A DNA stretch of 26,493 nucleotides from a bacterium (GTDB taxonomy: Bacteria > Krumholzibacteriota > Krumholzibacteriia > G020349025). Position numbers and translations under genes: made by a program. Below are positions 1-7,117 of the stretch, piece after piece. The notes below the pieces were generated by a model. That model made no database searches. It was given only the letters and a program-made list of their open reading frames with translations, and had not been told where the DNA came from. Every line of letters begins with the position of its first letter. Position 1 is the stretch's first letter. The stretch covers positions 1 through 26,493 of the forward strand of contig JANLSU010000131.1 of the NCBI GenBank assembly GCA_031362565.1. The letters run 5' to 3'.

Positions 1-270
1 GCATTGCACCAGAATGCGCCGAACCCGTTCAACCCGACGACGGCGATCCGTTTCGATCTGCCGCGCGCCGGACACGTGGATCTCGCCATCTACAACGTTC
101 GCGGTGCACTCGTGCGCCGGCTGTTGTCGTCGCACCAGACCGAGGGTTACAAGAACGTGTTGTGGAATGGGCGCGACGACGCCGGCCGTCCAGTGACGAG
201 CGGCATCTATTTCTACAAGCTCGCCGCGGTGGGCTTCGACGCGACGCGCAAGATGGTGCTGCTGAAATAG
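1..270 (+). CDS. 3' end of a secreted protein: C-terminal FlgD Ig-like / T9SS type A-like sorting domain (5'-partial)
   Basis: Frame is open from the window edge. Motifs LHQNAPNPFNPTT.I.F.LP, IYNVRG..VR.L, WNGRDDAGRPVTSGIYFYKL and RKMVLLK* are the typical FlgD_ig/Por_Secre_tail pattern. Confidence 0.9.
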   Translation, partial: ALHQNAPNPFNPTTAIRFDLPRAGHVDLAIYNVRGALVRRLLSSHQTEGYKNVLWNGRDDAGRPVTSGIYFYKLAAVGFDATRKMVLLK

Positions 271-327
271 AGGCGCCGAGGGCCAAGCCGCGATGCAGAG
301 GACAAGCAACCCCCCGCCTGGGGCCCC

Positions 328-3006
328 ATGATCGGCCGCACTCTGGCGCACTATCGCATCGTCGATCGTGTCGGCGCCGGCGGTATGGCGGAAGTCTGGC
401 GGGCGGTGGACACCGCGCTCGGCCGTGAGGTAGCGATCAAGGTGCTGCCGGAGGCCTTCGCGACCGACCCGGAGCGTCGGGCGCGCTTCGAGCGCGAAGC
501 CAAACTCTTGGCGTCACTCAATCATCCCGGGATCGCGACCGTGCACGGATTACACGCCGCCGACGGCGTGCATTTCCTGGCGATGGAATTGGTGCCGGGC
601 GAGGATCTGGCGCAGCGTCTTGCACGCGGCCGGCTGCCAATCGAGACGGCGCTCGCGATCGCCCGTGAGATCACCGACGCCTTGGGCGCCGCGCACGCCC
701 GCGGCGTCATCCACCGCGATCTCAAGCCGGCGAACATCATCATCACACCCGAAGGACACGTGAAGGTCCTCGACTTCGGGCTCGCCAAGGCGCTGGACGC
801 GGACACGGGCACGACGTCGGCGCCCGATCAGTCCCCGACGATGACCTCGGCCGGCACCGTTGCCGGCATGATCCTCGGCACCGCCGCCTACATGAGCCCG
901 GAACAAGCCCGCGGCCGTCCGGCCGATCGCCGCGCCGATATTTGGGCCTTCGGTTGCGTTCTCTACGAGATGCTGGCCGGAAGTACGCCGTTCGAGGGCT
1001 CGACGGTGTCCGATACGTTGGCCGCAATTCTGCGCGCTGAGCCGGATTGGACCGCATTGCCCGCGGGCGTGCCGCCGGCGGCGCGGCGACTGTTGCGCCG
1101 CTGTCTCGAGAAGAACTCCGATCACCGGCTGCACGACATCCTCGATGCGCGTCTCGAAATCGACGAAGCACGCGCCGGCGACAAAGATGCCGCCCTTGCG
1201 CCGCCGGCGCGGCGTGGCGCCGGCCGGTTGATCCCCTGGGGCATTGCCGCGGTGCTCGCTGCCGTTACGGTCGCAACCCTCGTTGCTCCGGGCCGGCGTC
1301 GTGCACCGCAATCCAGCGATCGCCTGCACGTTGCCATCGTACTGCCCCAGAATCTCGACCTGGTGGACGCCGGTGGGCTCGGGGTCTTGGCGATTTCTCC
1401 GGATGTGAAGCGTCTCGTCTTCGCGGCTCGGCGCGACGACACCGTTCGCTTGTACCTGCGCGCGCTGGACTCGCCGGACGTCGTCGAGATGCCTGGTACA
1501 GAGGGGGCTTCGACGCCGTTCTTCTCGCCCGATGGCCACTGGGTCGGATTTTTTTCGGGGAGCTCGCTCAAGAAGATTGCCGTACAGGGCGGCGTCCCCG
1601 TGGTGCTGTGCGAGGCGCCAAGCCCGCGGGGCGCCACGTGGATCACCGATGACGCAATCGTGTTCGCGCCGACCTACACCTCCGGTTTGGCGGTTGTTTC
1701 CGCAGCGGGCGGCGAGCCGAAGGCCGTAACGACGCCAAATGCGGCACGCAACGAACGCACCCACCGCTGGCCCATGGCGTTGCCTGGCGGCAAGTCGGTG
1801 CTGTTCACCATCGGCACGCTCGACAAGCCCGGCGACTACGAGGATGCGGTCATTGCGGTCGCCGATCTTGCATCGGGCGCAATTCATCCACTCGCAGAAG
1901 GTGCCAGCATGGCGTGGTTCGCGCCGCCCGGCGATCTAATCTATTCACGCGAAGGCACGCTAGTGGCCGTTCCGTTCGATGCCGGAGGCGTTCGGACAAC
2001 GGGCTCTCCCACCACGATCCTGAAGGGAATCGCCGGCGACCGTACGAGCGGCCTCGTCAACTGCGCACTGGCCGCCGATGGAACTCTCGCTTATGTGCCG
2101 GGCGCGACGCTGGGGAGCACGGGCACTCTCGCGTGGGTCGACCGCAACGGACGAGTCGAGGCCGTGCCGGCAGAGCCGGCGCTGTATCGCAACCTGCGGC
2201 TTTCGCCCGACGGCAAACGTCTGGCGCTCAACATTGGCGAGGGGGCCGGGGACAGCGATGCGTGGATCTATGACTTCGATCGCAACGCGCTCACCCGGCT
2301 GACGTTCGACAAGTCGACGTTCCGGCCGTCGTGGACCCCCGACGGCAAGCGGCTCGTCTACGCGAGCACGAGTGGTGGCAAGGAGGGGATCGCCTGGAAG
2401 GCCGCCGATGGCAGCCAAGAAAGTCAGTTGTTCTTTCGGCAAACTGGCATCTACGCCTCGGCGCCCGAGGAGTGGGTACCGGGCCGCAGCGAACTCGTCT
2501 TCACGCGCTTGGGCGGCAAGGGCGGCGCGGATCTGATGTCGATCGTCCCGGGCGAGACCGAGTCGAAGCCGGTGCTCGATGGGCCACACGCAGAAGGCGG
2601 CGCCACGTTCTCGCCCGACGGCAAATGGATGGCGTACTGCTCCGACGAGTCGGGCCAGCTCGAAGTGTACGTCCGTCCTTACCCTGGACCTGGGGGGAAG
2701 TGGCAGATCTCGACGAACGGTGGCCGCGGCCCGTGCTGGTCGCGCGATGGGCACGAGGTCTTCTACACGCTGGGGCAGAAGATGATGGTCGTCGCGGTCA
2801 CGACGACGCCGACTTTCTCCCCAAGTTCACCGCGCCAGTTGTTCGAATTCCAATTCGAGAATCTTATCGGGACGGAACGCGACTATGACGTGTCCCCGGA
2901 CGGCCGCCGCTTCGTGTTCGTGCGCCCACTTCGCGAGCGACGGCGGGAGATCGATCTCGTGCTGGGTTTCACCCGATCGATGCGCAGCGCATCTACGCCG
3001 CGTTGA
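328..3006 (+). CDS. Hanks-type Ser/Thr protein kinase with a TM helix and C-terminal TolB-like/PD40 beta-propeller region
   Basis: GAGGMAEV, VAIK, HRDLKPAN, DFG, YMSPEQ and DIWAFG kinase motifs. Hydrophobic LIPWGIAAVLAAVTVATLVA segment. Repeated (F/W/L/I)(S/T)PDG(K/R) motifs. Confidence 0.95.
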   Translation: MIGRTLAHYRIVDRVGAGGMAEVWRAVDTALGREVAIKVLPEAFATDPERRARFEREAKLLASLNHPGIATVHGLHAADGVHFLAMELVPGEDLAQRLARGRLPIETALAIAREITDALGAAHARGVIHRDLKPANIIITPEGHVKVLDFGLAKALDADTGTTSAPDQSPTMTSAGTVAGMILGTAAYMSPEQARGRPADRRADIWAFGCVLYEMLAGSTPFEGSTVSDTLAAILRAEPDWTALPAGVPPAARRLLRRCLEKNSDHRLHDILDARLEIDEARAGDKDAALAPPARRGAGRLIPWGIAAVLAAVTVATLVAPGRRRAPQSSDRLHVAIVLPQNLDLVDAGGLGVLAISPDVKRLVFAARRDDTVRLYLRALDSPDVVEMPGTEGASTPFFSPDGHWVGFFSGSSLKKIAVQGGVPVVLCEAPSPRGATWITDDAIVFAPTYTSGLAVVSAAGGEPKAVTTPNAARNERTHRWPMALPGGKSVLFTIGTLDKPGDYEDAVIAVADLASGAIHPLAEGASMAWFAPPGDLIYSREGTLVAVPFDAGGVRTTGSPTTILKGIAGDRTSGLVNCALAADGTLAYVPGATLGSTGTLAWVDRNGRVEAVPAEPALYRNLRLSPDGKRLALNIGEGAGDSDAWIYDFDRNALTRLTFDKSTFRPSWTPDGKRLVYASTSGGKEGIAWKAADGSQESQLFFRQTGIYASAPEEWVPGRSELVFTRLGGKGGADLMSIVPGETESKPVLDGPHAEGGATFSPDGKWMAYCSDESGQLEVYVRPYPGPGGKWQISTNGGRGPCWSRDGHEVFYTLGQKMMVVAVTTTPTFSPSSPRQLFEFQFENLIGTERDYDVSPDGRRFVFVRPLRERRREIDLVLGFTRSMRSASTPR

Positions 3007-3147
3007 GCGAGGCAGGCGGCGGGCAAGAGCCATTTTCGTTTCCAGGCCCGGAGGAGTACCCTGTCTTTCATACCAAGAGTCCGGCCGCGCGCGTACTACC
3101 CAAACGCCACCGGGGCCGATGCCTTGGACGACCGGGGGAGACCAACC

Positions 3148-3984
3148 ATGCGGATCATTGCTTCCTTGGTGTTGGCGGTTCTCGTAGCCGCTGCGATCCC
3201 GAACCTGAGTATCGCGCAATGTCCGGTCGCCCCAGGCGTTTGGACCGGCCATGCGAATGGACATTCATTCGCCTTCCGGATCGCGCCGAGCGGAACGGTG
3301 GTCGACTCTGCGGCGGTGGACATTTCGAATGTCTGCTCGCAATTACACTACGTGGCATCGGATGTAGCGCCTACGGTTCCGCTGCAATGCAACCCGACCC
3401 GGTTTGAATGGTCGCATTGCCGCGCGAACCCGCCTTCGTCGAAGGGATTTCGCCTCACTGTCACCTTCGATACCTATAACCATGCGACAGCGTTTGCAAC
3501 GTTTCTCGGCCTTGGGTGTCTGGCGACGTGCGATTTTGCCAACGATATCGAGATGACACCCGCGACGCCGGGGTCACTAAATCCGGTATTTGCCGCCCAC
3601 CACCTCGGTGGTGGGCAGATCGAATGTGGGATTACGGGCGGCGGAACCGGCCTCCTCTATGACGTTCGCGCGACAGTGCTCGGATCGATTTCCATTCTGA
3701 CCCAGCCGGTCGATCTCTTCGGTCCGGCTGGAGTGAGCACATTTCTCGTCAACTGTTCGGGGACCGGAGGCGGCAGCGTCGCGGTGCAGGCCTGGCAGGG
3801 CACTCAATACATCGGCGCGAGCTTGATGTGTTTCCAGTGTTCAGGCGGATCCCCCACGGATGGGGTTTGTACCACACCACCCTCCACGGTGCCGGCGCTT
3901 TCTCCAGCCGGAATCTGGCTGTTGATCGTGGCCTGCGGGGCTTGTGGATTCGCCGGCCTGCGGCAGCGGGCACAACGGAACTGA
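3148..3984 (+). CDS. Secreted Cys-rich protein with IPTL-CTERM-like C-terminal sorting signal
   Basis: GGGGGAG SD before ATG 3148. Signal peptide MRIIASLVLAVLVAAAIPNLSIA. C-terminus VPALSPAGIWLLIVACGACGFAGLRQRAQRN (motif, TM helix, basic tail). Confidence 0.8.
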   Translation: MRIIASLVLAVLVAAAIPNLSIAQCPVAPGVWTGHANGHSFAFRIAPSGTVVDSAAVDISNVCSQLHYVASDVAPTVPLQCNPTRFEWSHCRANPPSSKGFRLTVTFDTYNHATAFATFLGLGCLATCDFANDIEMTPATPGSLNPVFAAHHLGGGQIECGITGGGTGLLYDVRATVLGSISILTQPVDLFGPAGVSTFLVNCSGTGGGSVAVQAWQGTQYIGASLMCFQCSGGSPTDGVCTTPPSTVPALSPAGIWLLIVACGACGFAGLRQRAQRN

Positions 3985-4050
3985 GAAGGGCGAGTCATCG
4001 GCGTTCGGTGAGGGTGCGTGAAGTTTTCATTGGTCTGCCACGCAGTGCGG

Positions 4051-4473
4051 TCAGGACCGCCGGCGCCTTGCCTCCGCGGCTGAGGTTGTCGACTTGTGCG
4101 TTTCAACGGCGCGAATCGACAGCTTCAGCAGTACACTTGCCACCTGGCCCGCCGAAGGTTTGAACCCCGGGATCTCCAGACCCGCGGCGAGTCGTTCCAA
4201 CGCACCCCAGTCGGCATCACTCAGTGGAATCTTGGCGCGCCGCGACGTGTCCGTGAAACCCGGACGGCCACCACTCGATGCGAGGCGCGCGACGAGCTCC
4301 TGCCGCAACGCCATCAAGGTCACCGGGTCGAGGGATTCCCCAAGCGCGCGGCCGGCCGGCGTGCCGCCGAGTGCCTGCGCGACGACGTCCGATGAAACGC
4401 GTGCCTGTGCCTTCCCTTGAACGCGAACCACCCGTTGCGTCGACCGCGCCGTCTTGATTGACCCGCGTTTCAT
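4051..4473 (-). CDS. Hypothetical protein, possible C-terminal ribbon-helix-helix-like DNA-binding domain
   Basis: ATG 4473 is preceded by GAGAGG, 10 nt after the upstream stop. GGRP motif followed by RRAKIPLSDADWGALERLA...SAGQVASVLLKLSI (strand-helix-helix pattern). Confidence 0.65.
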   Translation of the reverse strand: MKRGSIKTARSTQRVVRVQGKAQARVSSDVVAQALGGTPAGRALGESLDPVTLMALRQELVARLASSGGRPGFTDTSRRAKIPLSDADWGALERLAAGLEIPGFKPSAGQVASVLLKLSIRAVETHKSTTSAAEARRRRS

Positions 4474-4483
4474 GGAATGCCTC

Positions 4484-4810
4484 TCAGGCGGCGTCGAATT
4501 GACGGATGCGAAAAAACTGCCCGTCGAATGTGAATGCAACCTCGCCCTGTCGAGTTTCGCGTCCCATCCGGTGCAGGAACTCCCGAATCCGCGGCAAGCC
4601 TCGTAGGAATGTCTCGGTTCGGACGAACGAGTAAACGATGACCGGGTTCTCGATCACGATAGCGCCATCGTCGCCCAGCCAAGCGCCCTCCAACGGCGGT
4701 GTCGCAGTTGCACCACCATTGACTTCGGACAGAAGTTGCAAGGCTTCGAACACCCACATGTGCTGCGTGCTGATTTCAGCGCCGTCGCGATCGCGGTTCG
4801 GAACGTAACA
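4484..4810 (-). CDS. Conserved-looking hypothetical protein (DUF3574/PII-like alpha/beta pattern), start unclear, probably 5'-truncated
   Basis: YVPNRDRDG...LLSEVNGGAT..PP.EG.W...G.IVIENPVIVYSF...REFLHRMGRETRQGEVAF reads as a real protein. The upstream in-frame part to 4882 looks non-coding and has no convincing start. Confidence 0.6.
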   Translation of the reverse strand, partial: CYVPNRDRDGAEISTQHMWVFEALQLLSEVNGGATATPPLEGAWLGDDGAIVIENPVIVYSFVRTETFLRGLPRIREFLHRMGRETRQGEVAFTFDGQFFRIRQFDAA

Positions 4811-4830
4811 ACCTCTCCCAACCGAACGAT

Positions 4831-5214
4831 ATGTGTTTTGGGCCCAAAAGTCGAGGACCCAACGGGCAACGGAAACCACCACCCGCGGCTGTTGGTGGCG
4901 GAGTGCCCGCTCCCGCCCCCCGGCCTGAGATCGCCTCCGACTCCTTGGATCTCTGGCTCGGTCAGTGGAATGGTCCCGAAGGAACCTTCTTGGTTCTGGC
5001 CAAGAATCAAGAACGCTACCGCATCACGATCCAGTCGCTCGATGGACCCGCGAGCTTTGACGGGACCGCCGTTGGCGACCACATCGAGTTCGTCTGCCTG
5101 GGGAAGACGGAATCGATCCGGGCAACGAATGGCAAGGCCACCGGCATGAAGTGGCTCCAAGACAAGACCAATTGCCTCACCGTCAGTACAGGCGAAGGAT
5201 TCTGTCGAGACTAA
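4831..5214 (+). CDS. Small beta-rich hypothetical protein (lipoprotein-like family) lacking a signal peptide; possible 5'-truncated remnant
   Basis: Pro/Ala linker, then WLGQWNGPEGTFL...SLDGP..FDG...TGMKWL..K.NCL.V..GEGFCRD*. No SD before ATG 4831 and no hydrophobic leader. Confidence 0.6.
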   Translation: MCFGPKSRGPNGQRKPPPAAVGGGVPAPAPRPEIASDSLDLWLGQWNGPEGTFLVLAKNQERYRITIQSLDGPASFDGTAVGDHIEFVCLGKTESIRATNGKATGMKWLQDKTNCLTVSTGEGFCRD

Positions 5215-5361
5215 GAGGGGAGCGTGGGCCAGCGGATTCGCCGTCCGCGGCGCAGGGCGCGCGGCGACGGACGCCGCGCGCACACTGCTCGGGTGCTCTG
5301 CCGTCCGGTCCACAGGCAGGCCGGCCTCAGAAAGCAGACACTTCGAAGAGAAACGTTGCCC

Positions 5362-5892
5362 TTACGCCTTCTGCACGTGCTCGGCGCCGAGCCCGTCGAA
5401 CATCTTCTCGAGCCTCTTGGCGTCGTCGTCGGACTTCGCGTCGACGGCAATCAGAATGCCACCGTTGCGAAGACCTGCTTCGTAGACCTTGGCGCGATCC
5501 TCGGGGATGCCGGCACCCACCAAGAACCCGACCAAGCCGCCCACTGCGGCGCCCGCACCGACGCCGGCCAATGCCGCCGCGACTGGTCCCGCGATCATCA
5601 AACCGAGGCCCGGAACCGCAATGGTCGAACCGACCGCGACGACGATCCCGAGGACCGCACCGACCGTTCCGCCCACGACACCTCCGACCCCTGCACCTTC
5701 CGCCGCCTTCGTTCCGGTCTTCACCGCGAACTCTTTGGCGTGCGTCGTGTCCGACATCAGCACGTTCAAGTCCTCGCGCTTGCAGCCGCGAGCCAAGAGC
5801 GCGTTCACCGCCACCTCGGCTTCGGTGCGATTGTTGAACAAGCCGGTGACCAGATTGGTCTTGATCTTCTTGTCAGCCATCTTGTTATCCAT
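5362..5892 (-). CDS. General stress protein (YflT/17M-like) with glycine-zipper membrane segment
   Basis: VTGLF..R.EAE.AV..L..RG, GAGVGGVVGGTVGAVLG, IAGPVAAALAG, GIPEDRAKVYE..LR.GGILI. GAAGAGG SD upstream; alternative start ATG 5880. Confidence 0.85.
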   Translation of the reverse strand: MDNKMADKKIKTNLVTGLFNNRTEAEVAVNALLARGCKREDLNVLMSDTTHAKEFAVKTGTKAAEGAGVGGVVGGTVGAVLGIVVAVGSTIAVPGLGLMIAGPVAAALAGVGAGAAVGGLVGFLVGAGIPEDRAKVYEAGLRNGGILIAVDAKSDDDAKRLEKMFDGLGAEHVQKA

Positions 5893-6011
5893 GATCGTTT
5901 GCCTCTTCCCATTCGAGGTTCCGAAGGTTCCCTCCGTCTGAAGGGCGCCGTTCGGCCTCCATTCGATCGAAACTCACGCGGGGGAACTGAGGGTTGCGTA
6001 TTCCCCCCGCG

Positions 6012-6161
6012 TTACAGGACCGGCCGGCGGCCGGAGATGATCCGCAGCAGGACGACGACGGCGGCGATGACGAGCAGCATGTGAATCAGGCCGCCACCGA
6101 CGTGACCGATGAATCCGAGTAGCCACAGAATGACGAGTACGACAGCAACTGTGTACAGCAT
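6012..6161 (-). CDS. lmo0937-family (DUF5670) small membrane protein, 49 aa, absent from the ORF track
   Basis: Manual translation gives MLYTVAVVLVILWLLGFIGHVGGGLIHMLLVIAAVVVLLRIISGRRPVL*. GGAAGGA SD upstream. Confidence 0.9.
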   Translation of the reverse strand: MLYTVAVVLVILWLLGFIGHVGGGLIHMLLVIAAVVVLLRIISGRRPVL

Positions 6162-6232
6162 GAGAAAATCCTTCCATCAACGTGCCGGCTTGGCGGGACG
6201 GCATTCGTCCCGCAATCAGGCGCGGCTTGTGG

Positions 6233-6892
6233 TCAGCGTTGCGCGACTTGGATGCTGACCGGCGTCCGCATCAGGATGTTCAGCCTCTGACCGGGGTTGA
6301 GTTGCACGTCCGCACCTTGCGTCGCGACCATGAGGATGGTTCCGGCGCCGGCGCCGACGCCCGCGCCGATCGCGGCACCCTTACCGCCGCCGGCAATCCC
6401 GCCGACGATGGCGCCGAGAACGCCGCCCGCGGCGATCTTCTCGACGTCGCTATGGGTCTTCGATGCCGCCTGCACGGTGAGCGGCCGGGCGGTGATCGCG
6501 TGCGACTTGCCGCCGGCGTCGACGATCTCGTTGAATCCGAGCGTCATGTGGGCCCGGCCGCTGATCCGTCCGGATGCTTGCACGTCGCTCAAGGCGCCGC
6601 GGATTTGTGCGCCCGCCGGAACGACGGTCTTGCCGCCGACGACGATGGGCTCGGTCGTCGTTGCGACGAACGAGTCACCGGTGTGGTTGGTCTCCGTATT
6701 GACTCCCGTATCGAGTGATGCGACGACGCTCGTTCCCGCGGGAATCACCAAGGTCACGACAGTCGGCTTCGGTTGTTCTTGCAGCCGCGACACTGCCGGT
6801 GCGGTCTTGTCGTTCGTGCGTTCGTTGCAGCCGGCCACCAGGGCTACGGCTGCAAGCAACATGAGACTGATACTGGCAAGGGTTCGTTTCAT
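6233..6892 (-). CDS. Lipoprotein with TrbI/VirB10-like beta domain and glycine zipper
   Basis: GGAG SD before ATG 6892. Signal peptide ends in lipobox LVAGC. IPAGT..GDSF.A..EPI.V.G..VVPAGA pattern, then GGVLGAIVGGIAGGGKGAAIGAGVGAGAG. Confidence 0.85.
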   Translation of the reverse strand: MKRTLASISLMLLAAVALVAGCNERTNDKTAPAVSRLQEQPKPTVVTLVIPAGTSVVASLDTGVNTETNHTGDSFVATTTEPIVVGGKTVVPAGAQIRGALSDVQASGRISGRAHMTLGFNEIVDAGGKSHAITARPLTVQAASKTHSDVEKIAAGGVLGAIVGGIAGGGKGAAIGAGVGAGAGTILMVATQGADVQLNPGQRLNILMRTPVSIQVAQR

Positions 6893-7013
6893 CGTCGGAC
6901 TCCGTTCATGGCGTGACGTCGTGGCAGGCGGGCAGGCCGGTAGGATCTTCCTGTGCGGCTCGCTTCTGTCGCGACTCCTTGGTTCGAAACTCGTCGGGAC
7001 GTCCCGTGGCATG

Positions 7014-7086
7014 ACGTTGGCGCACGCGCGAGCAAACGTCAAGACTCGTGCACATTAAATGATGTTCATGACAATGCATTCACATT
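7014..7086 (-). promoter_or_regulatory. AT-rich regulatory region: CRP/FNR-like site and candidate sigma70 promoter for the 6892-5362 genes
   Basis: TGACA-N6-TCACA at 7069-7084 (CRP consensus TGTGA-N6-TCACA). Minus-strand TTGACG (7042-7037)-N17-CAACGT. Confidence 0.35.
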
Positions 7087-7117
7087 GGCGCTGTGAAGCC
7101 CACACCGGCGCGTGCTT

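Noticed and set aside
3984..5361. Integron cassette array
   Set aside because: One RYYYAAC (4857-4863) but no paired attC boxes, mixed gene orientations and no integrase in the window.
6233..6892. Type IV secretion system suggested by the TrbI/VirB10-like domain
   Set aside because: No other T4SS genes; this lipoprotein type commonly occurs alone.
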